Below are positions 28,461 to 37,135 of a DNA stretch of 64,000 bases, in pieces. Position 1 is the stretch's first letter. The number at the start of each line of letters is the position of its first letter. A model generated the notes under the pieces. It made no database searches, had not been told where the DNA came from, and saw only the letters and a program-made list of their open reading frames with translations. Source of the stretch: an uncultured Acidimicrobiaceae bacterium (GTDB lineage: Bacteria > Actinomycetota > Acidimicrobiia > Acidimicrobiales > Aldehydirespiratoraceae). The stretch lies in contig CAJWHS010000004.1 of assembly GCA_913041415.1 (NCBI GenBank), positions 4,417 through 68,416 on the forward strand, given 5' to 3'. Both the position numbers and the translations under genes were made by a program.

Positions 28461-29672
28461 TCAGGGACGCGGCTCTCGGGGCAGGCCCAGCACGCGCTCG
28501 CCGAGCACATTGCGCTGAACCTGGTTGGAGCCGCCATAGATGGTGTGCGCCCGGGTGTACAGGAAGGTTCGCTGGAGCCTGTCGAGCGGATAGTCGGGCC
28601 CGTCGCCGTGCCCGTTGTGGCCGTCGGCGCCCGCAACCATGCCTTCGGCTCCGGCGACGAGCATGGCGAGTTCGCCCATGCGGCGATGCCAGCCCGCCCA
28701 GTAGAGCTTGCCGATCGACGCCTCGGCGCCGGGCACACCGTCGTGGGTGAGGGCGGTGAGCATGCGCAGTTGGTTGAATTTGAGAATTTCGAGGCGGATG
28801 TGGGCCTCGGTGAGTTCCTGTCGCACGACGGGGTCGTCCCAGCGGCCGTTGGCTTTGGCGAGGGCCAGGAGATCCTCGAACTCCTGACGGAACGAGACTT
28901 GCTGACCGAGGGTCGATGCGCCTCGTTCGAACGCAAGCGTTCCCATCGCGACCTTCCAGCCGTTGCCGACACCACCGACGACCATGTCCTCGTCGCACAC
29001 GGCATCAGAGAAGAAGGTCTCGTTGAATTCGGTACCGCCGGTGATCTGCACGATCGGACGGATTTCGATCCCGGGCTGATCCATCGGCATGAGGAGATAG
29101 CTGAGCCCGGCATGGCGTTCGGAGCCCGGCTCGGTGCGGGCGACGACGAAGATCCAGTCGGCGAACTGGGCCAGCGACGTCCAGACCTTCTGCCCGTTCA
29201 CCACCCACTGCCCGTCGACAAGATCGGCGCGGGTCTTCACGTTGGAGAGATCGGAGCCAGCATCGGGTTCGGAGTAGCCCTGGCACCAGAGTTCGTCACC
29301 CGAGAGGATTTTCGGCACGAACCGCTGCTGCTGCGCCTCGGAGCCGAACGCCATCAGGGTCGGACCGAGCAGGGTGACACCCATGTTGGGAATGCGTCCC
29401 GGCGCCTTGGCCTCGACATAGGTGAGATGGAAGACGACCTGTTCGGCGAGCGTGCACTCACGGCCGCCGATCGAGGTGGGAAAGTCGATGCCGAGCCAGC
29501 CACCCGTGGCGAGTTCTTTCTCCCATGCAATCTGAACTTCCGCAGGGATGTCCTCGTGGCCGGTGAGACCCTTGCTGCGGTAGGCCCCGAACTCGCCGGA
29601 GAGGTGCTCCTCCAGCCAGGTGCGGACCTCGTCGCGGAAGTCGTTGAGGGAGTCGTCGAGCTGGACGTCCAT
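28461..29672 (-). CDS. acyl-CoA dehydrogenase
   Basis: MDVQLDDSLNDFRDEVRTWLEEH..., ELWCQGYSEPDAGSDL, and C-terminal IYGGSNQVQRNVLGERVLGLPR. TACGCT lies 8 nt upstream of the ATG. Confidence 0.9.
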   Translation of the reverse strand: MDVQLDDSLNDFRDEVRTWLEEHLSGEFGAYRSKGLTGHEDIPAEVQIAWEKELATGGWLGIDFPTSIGGRECTLAEQVVFHLTYVEAKAPGRIPNMGVTLLGPTLMAFGSEAQQQRFVPKILSGDELWCQGYSEPDAGSDLSNVKTRADLVDGQWVVNGQKVWTSLAQFADWIFVVARTEPGSERHAGLSYLLMPMDQPGIEIRPIVQITGGTEFNETFFSDAVCDEDMVVGGVGNGWKVAMGTLAFERGASTLGQQVSFRQEFEDLLALAKANGRWDDPVVRQELTEAHIRLEILKFNQLRMLTALTHDGVPGAEASIGKLYWAGWHRRMGELAMLVAGAEGMVAGADGHNGHGDGPDYPLDRLQRTFLYTRAHTIYGGSNQVQRNVLGERVLGLPREPRP

Positions 29673-29695
29673 ACCGTGCGAGCGTACAACCCGAC

Positions 29696-29710
29696 CTGAC
29701 GGACCGTCAG
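29696..29710. promoter_or_regulatory. candidate operator: CTGACGG-a-CCGTCAG palindrome in the ACAD / acyl-CoA ligase divergent region
   Basis: Read directly. It is flanked by a further complementary pair CCCGA...TCGGG (29690-29717). Confidence 0.4.
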
Positions 29711-29737
29711 AATCGGGCGCCAAGGTCGTCCTGTGCG

Positions 29738-31438
29738 ATGATCCGAGACATGGCTGAACCGACCATGTCAATCGCTGACGTCGATGCGATGCTCACGGGC
29801 GAAGGGGGCTTCTTCGAGACCGTTCCCGTCATCGTGAACGGCGTCAAGGTGACCACTGCGAAGAACCGCGCACCACACCTGCGCGCCCTGCTCCAGAACT
29901 CCGCGAATCACGGTGGCGACGGCAGCGCCCGCTACTACCTGTTCGACGACGGAACCGAGGCGACCTTTGCCGAGAACATCGCAACTGCGGCATCACTCGC
30001 TGCGGGCCTCGCCGAGCAGTACGACATCGGTCACGGCGACCGCGTCGCCATCCTCGCCGCCAACACCCCCGAGTGGATCCAATCGTTCTGGGCGATCACC
30101 TCGCTCGGTGCCATCGCCGTTGCCACGAACGGATGGTGGACCGAGGACGAGATCCGGTACGGCCTCGAACTCACCACGCCAAAGCTGCTGCTCGCCGATG
30201 CCAAACGGGCCGAACGCATCACCGGCGACCCGGGGGTCCCGCTCGTCATGTTCGAGGAGGACTTCGCCGAACTTCGCGATCACGCGCCAGGAGCCGATCT
30301 GCCCGTCGCCCCGATCGAGGAGGACGACGCCGCCACGATCCTGTTCACCTCCGGCACCACCGGCCGTCCGAAGGGCGCGATCATCACCCACCGGAACTTC
30401 AACGCCTATCTCACGTGCGCGTTCATCCTCGGCGCCCGCGACGCGTTCCGCTTTCCGGCTAATCCTGACGATCCGCCGAAGCCTCCGATGCTGTCGCTGG
30501 CCGCCAGCCCCCTGTTCCACATCTCCGGGCTCCATTCGTGCTGCGTCACGGCCGTGGCCTCGGGCATGGGCCACGTCTGGACCACTGGCCGTTTCGACCC
30601 GGAGAAGGTCCTCCAGCTCACCGAGACGTACAAGATCACCCGCCTCAGCGGCGTCACCACCCAAGTATGGCGGATCATCGAGCACCCGAAGTTCCACGAG
30701 TACGACACGTCGAGCGTGACGGCCATCGGAGGCGGCGGTTCCGTCTGGTCACCGGAACTCCTGCGGGCGTGCCGTGCGGCGCTCCCCCATGCTGAGCGGC
30801 CCGTCGGCGTCGGTTACGGCCTGACTGAGTGCTCGGGTCTCGCCACCTCCGCAAGCGATGACGTGCTGCGAGAGCACCCGGAGTCGGTCGGTGCGGCGAT
30901 CCCGACGTGCGAGCTCGCGATCCATGACGATGACGACAACCCGCTCCCCGACGGTGAGATCGGCAACGTCATGTTGCGCGGTCCGATGATCACACCTGGC
31001 TACTGGGACAACCCGGAGGCGACCGCCGACACAATCCGACCAGGCGGTTGGCTCCGAACCGGCGACTTCGGCCGCATCAAGAACGGGCTGCTCTTCCTTG
31101 CGAGCCGCCGCACCGATCTCATCATCCGAGGTGGCGAGAACATCTATCCAGTCGAGATCGAGAACCGACTCGACGAACACCCGGCCATCCGCGAGGTCGT
31201 CGTGCTCGGGGTCGATCACCGCGAGCTCGGCCAAGAGGTCAAGGCCTACGTCGTGCCCTTCGATGACGCCGACGTCACCGCCGACGAACTCGCTGCGTTC
31301 GTCGGCGAGACCCTTGCTCCCCACAAGGTGCCTTCGCACTGGGAGATCCGCACCGAGCCGCTTCCTCGCAACGCCACCGGCAAGATCCTCAAGCAGGTCG
31401 TTGCCGGCAACGCCGAGAACACCTTCATCGAGGAGTAG
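29738..31438 (+). CDS. AMP-dependent acyl-CoA synthetase/ligase
   Basis: ILFTSGTTGRPKG, GYGLTECS and LIIRGGENIYPVEIE. Start uncertain (ATG 29738, 29750 or 29765). Confidence 0.9.
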   Translation: MIRDMAEPTMSIADVDAMLTGEGGFFETVPVIVNGVKVTTAKNRAPHLRALLQNSANHGGDGSARYYLFDDGTEATFAENIATAASLAAGLAEQYDIGHGDRVAILAANTPEWIQSFWAITSLGAIAVATNGWWTEDEIRYGLELTTPKLLLADAKRAERITGDPGVPLVMFEEDFAELRDHAPGADLPVAPIEEDDAATILFTSGTTGRPKGAIITHRNFNAYLTCAFILGARDAFRFPANPDDPPKPPMLSLAASPLFHISGLHSCCVTAVASGMGHVWTTGRFDPEKVLQLTETYKITRLSGVTTQVWRIIEHPKFHEYDTSSVTAIGGGGSVWSPELLRACRAALPHAERPVGVGYGLTECSGLATSASDDVLREHPESVGAAIPTCELAIHDDDDNPLPDGEIGNVMLRGPMITPGYWDNPEATADTIRPGGWLRTGDFGRIKNGLLFLASRRTDLIIRGGENIYPVEIENRLDEHPAIREVVVLGVDHRELGQEVKAYVVPFDDADVTADELAAFVGETLAPHKVPSHWEIRTEPLPRNATGKILKQVVAGNAENTFIEE

Positions 31439-31446
31439 GGGTCAGG

Positions 31447-32955
31447 GTGCTCACCGAGATCGCCCGCCGCGCCGCGGTCGAGTTCGCCGACACCGCGGCA
31501 TTCGTCACCGAACACGGCTGGTCGATCACCTACGCCCAGCTCGATCGCGCGGCGGACGAGGCCGCAACCGGACTCTTCGACGAGGGGATCCGGCCGGGAT
31601 CAGTCATCGCGCTCGCCACGCCGTCGAACGTCGACTTCGTCGTGCTGTACCTCGCCGCCGCTCGTCTCGGCGCCGTGACCGCAGGTCTCAATCCACGTTT
31701 CACCGGGCCAGAGCTTCGGGCGTGCATCGGCGTGCTCAACGCCGATCTCGTGATCGCCTCGCCGCCCCTCGCAGAGGCGATGGGGCCGATCGACTCGTCA
31801 ATCGCCGTCATCGACGCTGGAGACAGCGCCCGCACCGTGGCGGCCAGATTTCGAGTGCCGAATGCAGCACCGGTACCCGACCTCCCCGACGATCCCGAAC
31901 GTCCGGTGTGCATCTGCTTCACCAGCGGCTCCACTGGTCAGCCACGCGGCGGTTGGTACGCCAACCGCCAATTGCAGGCCATCGCCGATCTCGACACCGG
32001 CGGCGCCTGGGGTGGTGGTGGCCACGGCCTCTCGTCGGTCGCGATGGCCCACGTCGGCTTCATGACCAAGTTGCAGTGGATGCTGGCCAGCGGCCGCACC
32101 ACGCATCTACTCGAGCGTTGGCGAGCCCGCCCGATTCTCGATCTGATCACCCGATACCAGATGCCGGCCGTGACCGGCGTCGCGCCCCAGATCGCCCTCC
32201 TACTCAGCCTGCCCGACATCACCGAGCACGACTTCGATCACGTGAAGGCAATCGTTGTCGGCGGAGCTGCCTCTCCCCCGCCGCTCGTTGAGGAGGCCCG
32301 CCGGGTCTTCGGTGCCCCGTACTCGATTCGCTACAGCTCGACCGAGAGCGGCGGCATCGGGATCGGCACCGCTCTCGACGCCGACGACGACGAGGCGTTG
32401 CACTCGATCGGCCGACCTCGTCCAGGAGTCGACGCCGAAATCCGCGATGAGGACGGTGACCCGCTGCCCGACGGCGAGGTCGGCGAACTCTGGCTCACCT
32501 CGGCGGCAGTGATGTCGGGCTACTGGAACGACCCAACGGGCACTGCGGAAACACTCGTCGACGGCTGGCTCCGCACAGGTGACCTGGCCACTTGCGACAA
32601 CAACGGCATCTTCCGGCTGCGGGGGCGGGTGAAAGAGATGTTCATCCGCGGCGGCTACAACGTCTACCCGATGGAGGTCGAGGGCGTACTGCTCGACCAT
32701 CCGGCCGTGGCCGAAATCGCCGTTGTTCCTCGCCCGGATCCCGTCATGGGAGAGATCGGTGTGGCCCTCGTCGTGCCCGCCGATCCAAGCGCACCACCGA
32801 AGCTCGAGGACCTCCGAGTCCACGGGGAAGCGACACTCGCCCACCACAAACTGCCGGAGGCGATCCGCGTTGTCGCCGAACTCCCCCGAAACGCAAGCGA
32901 CAAGATCGACCGACGCGCACTCGCCTGGGTCGAGGCCGAGCACTCGTCGACCTAA
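31447..32955 (+). CDS. AMP-dependent acyl-CoA synthetase/ligase
   Basis: ICFTSGSTGQPRG, YSSTESGG and FIRGGYNVYPMEVE. GTG start lies 8 nt after the upstream stop. Confidence 0.9.
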   Translation: MLTEIARRAAVEFADTAAFVTEHGWSITYAQLDRAADEAATGLFDEGIRPGSVIALATPSNVDFVVLYLAAARLGAVTAGLNPRFTGPELRACIGVLNADLVIASPPLAEAMGPIDSSIAVIDAGDSARTVAARFRVPNAAPVPDLPDDPERPVCICFTSGSTGQPRGGWYANRQLQAIADLDTGGAWGGGGHGLSSVAMAHVGFMTKLQWMLASGRTTHLLERWRARPILDLITRYQMPAVTGVAPQIALLLSLPDITEHDFDHVKAIVVGGAASPPPLVEEARRVFGAPYSIRYSSTESGGIGIGTALDADDDEALHSIGRPRPGVDAEIRDEDGDPLPDGEVGELWLTSAAVMSGYWNDPTGTAETLVDGWLRTGDLATCDNNGIFRLRGRVKEMFIRGGYNVYPMEVEGVLLDHPAVAEIAVVPRPDPVMGEIGVALVVPADPSAPPKLEDLRVHGEATLAHHKLPEAIRVVAELPRNASDKIDRRALAWVEAEHSST

Positions 32956-33965
32956 CGCCGTCCGCGCCCGCCGCCCTTCTCTCGCCGGGCCCGCTGCTCC
33001 TCCCGCTCCCGGAGATCGTCGAGTTCGTCGACGAGTTCGAGGAAAAGTCGCACCCGCATCGCCGGAAGATCGCCGGTATCGATCGCAGCCTGCACTGCGC
33101 AGCCGGGCTCGCCTCGGTGTGCACAATCTCGGAAACGGCACTGCTCGGCGAGCTCGACGAGGTCTCCGAAGACGAGATCGAGGGCGTGTTCGGCCTCCCA
33201 GAGCCCAAGCGTTCGGATTCCAGGCGTGTCGAGGATCAAGCCGGCGTCGCCGGGAAGACGGATGAGCTCGCGGGCAGTGGTCGTGTGACGCCCTTCGGCA
33301 TCACGCGTCCGTACCTCCCCCACGTCGAGGCGTTCCTCGCCGACGAGCGCGTTCACGATCGATGACTTGCCGACACCGCTCTCACCGACGAGCGCAAGCG
33401 TGCGTTCTGACCCGATTCGGGCAAGGAGTTCGTCGAGTCCCGTGCGATCGACGATGCTCGTGACGATCATCGGGACCGAGCCCGCAACCGCCTCCACAAT
33501 CGAGAAGGCCAGTGTGTCGACATCGGCCTCGTCGGCCTTCGTCAACACGATCAACGGCTCGGCACCACTGTCGATCGCCATCACGAGGAGTCGCTCGAGC
33601 CAACCGGCCTGTACCGGTCGATCGAGCCCAAGAACCGCAGCCACCACGTCGACGTTGCTGGCAAGGACCTGCTCAAGATCCTTCTCCGCCGGATCGCGGC
33701 GGCTCACGGCGGTGCGGCGGGGCAGCACTCGGGCGATCACCGTGCCGAGGCCTTCGGTATCGTCGATCTCAACCCAGTCACCGGTGACCGGCGCAATCTC
33801 TCCCTGCGCCCGCTGCGAGTCCGAGAGCACGCGCACGCGACCATCGGGAGTGATGACGTCGCACTCCCCTCGGTCGACCCGGACCACCCGGGCCTGCCTC
33901 ACCCCGTCTCGCCAGTCGCCCGCGGTAACGCAATCAAGTCCCCAATCGACGAGCGACTCGCTCAA
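32952..33965 (-). CDS. rsgA: ribosome small-subunit-dependent GTPase A
   Basis: VLTKAD, GESGVGKSSIVNAL, and the zinc finger CRFRDCAHRGEPGCAV. TTG start in the ORF track; start uncertain. Confidence 0.9.
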   Translation of the reverse strand: MSESLVDWGLDCVTAGDWRDGVRQARVVRVDRGECDVITPDGRVRVLSDSQRAQGEIAPVTGDWVEIDDTEGLGTVIARVLPRRTAVSRRDPAEKDLEQVLASNVDVVAAVLGLDRPVQAGWLERLLVMAIDSGAEPLIVLTKADEADVDTLAFSIVEAVAGSVPMIVTSIVDRTGLDELLARIGSERTLALVGESGVGKSSIVNALVGEERLDVGEVRTRDAEGRHTTTARELIRLPGDAGLILDTPGIRTLGLWEAEHALDLVFGDLVELAEQCRFRDCAHRGEPGCAVQAAIDTGDLPAMRVRLFLELVDELDDLREREEQRARREKGGGRGRR

Positions 33966-34055
33966 CGGGCGTCATCCTGGCCGTGCACGTCGTCAAGTCT
34001 GCCCTATCGCGCCCTCACGAGAACCATCTCCGCTGCCAAATCGTTCCCTCCGCCT

Positions 34056-35705
34056 GTGCGAGACGGCATGGTGGACATCGTGAGTACTCCGCATCCATCG
34101 CAGTCGGCGCCCTGGTGGACCGGCGCGCTCTCCGGTGTCGCCGCCGCTGCGGTCGCGCTGGCATTCGGCCAGTTCGTCGAGGGCATGTCCGACACGATGC
34201 CGGGTCTCGTGCTCGGGGTCGGTGAGCTCATCATCGACTACACGCCCGGCTGGGCTGCAGAGGAATCGATCGAGAACCTCGGCACCGCCGGCAAGGGCAA
34301 CCTCCTGCTCGGCATCACGATCGTTGCGTTCGTGCTCGCCGGACTCCTCGGCGAGCAGGCGCTCAAGCGCGGCGATCGCTTCGGCGTAGCCGGGTTCCTT
34401 GCCTTCGGCCTCCTCGGCGGATGGGCTGCGGCCCGCAACCCGCAGTCGTCCTTCATCGCCGGCTGGTTCTGGGCCCTCGTCGCTGCCAGCCTCGGCATCG
34501 CCACCCTGCGCATTCTGCTCAAGCAGGCGCGGGCATCAGAAACCGCAACAGCCGATGTCTCCTCGGAGAGCGAGGAGATCGCCGCCAGTCCGCTCGAGCC
34601 ACCGCACAGTCGTCGGGCGTTCATGCGATGGACCGCCAGTGCCGGTGCGGTGGCGCTCACCGGCGTCGGCGTTGGTCGCGCCGCCGACGGCACAGGAGCC
34701 GGCGATCTCGCTCGTCGCGAAATCGTGTTGCCCGACGCAACCGCCGAAACGGCGACAACGATGTTCGCCGACGATGCGACCGGCACCGTCAGCGCCGAAC
34801 CGTTCGACATCCCTGGCTTGTCGAGTTGGATCACTCCCTCGACCGACGATCAGTTCTACCGCATCGACTCCGCCATCTCGTTCCCGCAGATCGACCCGGC
34901 CACGTGGCGACTTTCGTTCACCGGCATGGTCGACAATCCCTACGAGCTCACCTACGACGAGATCCTCGGGATGGATCTCGTCGAACGCACCATCACCCTG
35001 GCGTGCGTCTCCAATCCGATCGGCGGCGAATACGTCGGTAACGCCGTTTGGACCGGCGTTCCCCTCGCCGACCTCCTCGACCGAGCCGGGGTCCAGGAAG
35101 GCGCCACCCAGATCGTGGGTCGTTCCGTCGACGACTTCACCGCCGGCTTCCCGACCGAGACGGCCTATGACGGCCGCAACGCAATGCTGGTCGTGGGGCA
35201 GAATGGCGAACCGCTCCAGGTCCGCCACGGCTTCCCTGCCCGACTCGTCGTCGCCGGCCTCTACGGCTACGTCTCCGCCACGAAGTGGATCGAGGAGATC
35301 AACCTCACCACCTGGGAAGCATTCAACGGATTCTGGATCGATCTCGGCTGGTCCAAAGAAGGCCCAATGAAGACCGCCTCCCGCATCGACGTCCCACCGC
35401 ACCGCAGTCGCATCAACGCTGGAACGACACCCATCGCCGGAGTCGCCTGGTCTCCGGTGCGGGGTATTCAAGCGGTGGAGATCTCGATCGACGAGGGCCC
35501 CTGGCAGGTCTGCGACCTCGCCGTTCCGGGTACTGACGAGTCCTGGGTCCAGTGGAAAGCCGACTGGAACGCGTCGCCGGGGGTCCACCGCATCGACGTT
35601 CGAGCCATCGACAAGCACGGCGATGTCCAGTCGGTCGGCCCAAAGGACATCGCTCCCGACGGCGCAGAGGGCTACCACGCCATCCTCGTCGAGGTCGTCG
35701 CCTGA
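34056..35705 (+). CDS. membrane-bound molybdopterin-dependent oxidoreductase (sulfite-oxidase fold) with four N-terminal TM helices and an internal twin-arginine segment
   Basis: Four hydrophobic helices, then [23 protein letters not shown]. Next a SUOX-like domain (...[28 protein letters not shown]..., [22 protein letters not shown]) and a C-terminal Ig-like domain. Confidence 0.8.
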   Translation: MRDGMVDIVSTPHPSQSAPWWTGALSGVAAAAVALAFGQFVEGMSDTMPGLVLGVGELIIDYTPGWAAEESIENLGTAGKGNLLLGITIVAFVLAGLLGEQALKRGDRFGVAGFLAFGLLGGWAAARNPQSSFIAGWFWALVAASLGIATLRILLKQARASETATADVSSESEEIAASPLEPPHSRRAFMRWTASAGAVALTGVGVGRAADGTGAGDLARREIVLPDATAETATTMFADDATGTVSAEPFDIPGLSSWITPSTDDQFYRIDSAISFPQIDPATWRLSFTGMVDNPYELTYDEILGMDLVERTITLACVSNPIGGEYVGNAVWTGVPLADLLDRAGVQEGATQIVGRSVDDFTAGFPTETAYDGRNAMLVVGQNGEPLQVRHGFPARLVVAGLYGYVSATKWIEEINLTTWEAFNGFWIDLGWSKEGPMKTASRIDVPPHRSRINAGTTPIAGVAWSPVRGIQAVEISIDEGPWQVCDLAVPGTDESWVQWKADWNASPGVHRIDVRAIDKHGDVQSVGPKDIAPDGAEGYHAILVEVVA

Positions 35706-35820
35706 ACGACCCGCCGAAGGGTGCTGCACCACGAGGCGTGAAGCCGGTCTCGCCGAAACCAACTGTTCATCTGAGGATCCACCCAACGCCCTCGTTCTCG
35801 TGCGTACGGTGAGCGGGCAC

Positions 35821-37113
35821 ATGACGAGTTCACGTCGCACCTACGTCCTCGACACATCGGTCCTGCTGAGCGAACCGCAGGCCCTCCGACAGTTCGAGGA
35901 GCACGCCGTAGTTCTTCCTCTGGTCGTGCTGACCGAGCTGGAAGCCAAACGCAACCATCCGGAACTCGGATGGGCCGCACGGACCGCGCTTCGAAGTCTC
36001 GAGGAACTCCGAGAACGACACGCGTCTCTACTCGAGGAGCTGCTGGTCAACGATCACGGCGGCACGATTCGCGTTGAGCTCAACCACACCTCGACCGAGC
36101 CACTGCCCGAAGCGCTGCGATCGGAGGCCAATGACCACCGCATCCTAACCGTTGCGCATAACCTGGCTTGCGAAGGACTCGACGTCACCCTCGTCACCAA
36201 GGACCTGCCACTCCGTCTCAAGGCCGGCGTGGTCGGGCTTAACGCCGCCGAGTACCGCGACACCGAGGTCGCCGACGGCAGCTGGACTGGCTTCACCGAT
36301 CTCGCGGTGGAGAGCGCGGTCGTCGATGAGTTCTTCGACGAAGGCGTGGTCGACCTCTACGAGGCTCGGGGCCTACCGGTCAACACCGGCATCACGTTGG
36401 TCGCCGGCTCGCAGTCGGGCCTCGGCCGCGTGCGAGAGGACAAGCAGATCCATCGCATCCCCGACCGTTCCGTGTTCGACGTCCGGCCCCGCTCTCGGGA
36501 GCAACACATCGCCCTCGACCTGCTCACCGATGACTCGGTCGGCATCGTGTCGCTCGGTGGCCGCGCCGGCACCGGCAAGAGCGTGCTCGCGCTCGCTGCC
36601 GCGCTCGAGGCCGTCCTCGAAAACCGCACCCACTCGAAGGTGATTGTCTTCCGTCCGCTGTACGCGGTCGGCGGCCAAGACATCGGGTACCTCCCCGGCT
36701 CCGAGGCCGAGAAGATGTCTCCGTGGGCTGCAGCGGTCACCGACGCGCTGGAAGCGATCGCCGGGCCAGAGGTTGTCGACGAGATCATCCATCGTGACCT
36801 GCTCGAGATCATGCCGCTGACCCATATCCGGGGACGGTCGATCACCGACGCCTTCATCATCGTCGACGAGGCGCAAAACCTGGAGCGCAGTGTCCTGCTC
36901 ACCGCCCTCACCCGCATCGGCGAGAACTCCAAGGTCGTGCTCACCCACGACGTCGCCCAGCGCGACAACCTCCGTGTCGGCCGCTACGACGGCATCGGCG
37001 CCGTCGTCGATCATCTGCGGGGACATCCGTTGTTCGGCCACATCACCCTGACGCGCAGCGAGCGCAGCCCGGTGGCTGCGCTCGTCGCCGGGTTGCTCGA
37101 CGGACACGGCTGA
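35821..37113 (+). CDS. PhoH2: PIN-domain RNase fused to PhoH-like ATPase
   Basis: [37 protein letters not shown] (PIN). GRAGTGKS Walker A and IIVDEAQN Walker B (PhoH). Confidence 0.85.
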   Translation: MTSSRRTYVLDTSVLLSEPQALRQFEEHAVVLPLVVLTELEAKRNHPELGWAARTALRSLEELRERHASLLEELLVNDHGGTIRVELNHTSTEPLPEALRSEANDHRILTVAHNLACEGLDVTLVTKDLPLRLKAGVVGLNAAEYRDTEVADGSWTGFTDLAVESAVVDEFFDEGVVDLYEARGLPVNTGITLVAGSQSGLGRVREDKQIHRIPDRSVFDVRPRSREQHIALDLLTDDSVGIVSLGGRAGTGKSVLALAAALEAVLENRTHSKVIVFRPLYAVGGQDIGYLPGSEAEKMSPWAAAVTDALEAIAGPEVVDEIIHRDLLEIMPLTHIRGRSITDAFIIVDEAQNLERSVLLTALTRIGENSKVVLTHDVAQRDNLRVGRYDGIGAVVDHLRGHPLFGHITLTRSERSPVAALVAGLLDGHG

Positions 37114-37135
37114 GCCGCATCCAAGGCGAGGTGCG

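Noticed and set aside
33966-34055. Possible Moco riboswitch upstream of the molybdoenzyme gene
   Set aside because: The region is only about 90 nt, shorter than the Moco RNA motif, and I could not find its conserved elements.
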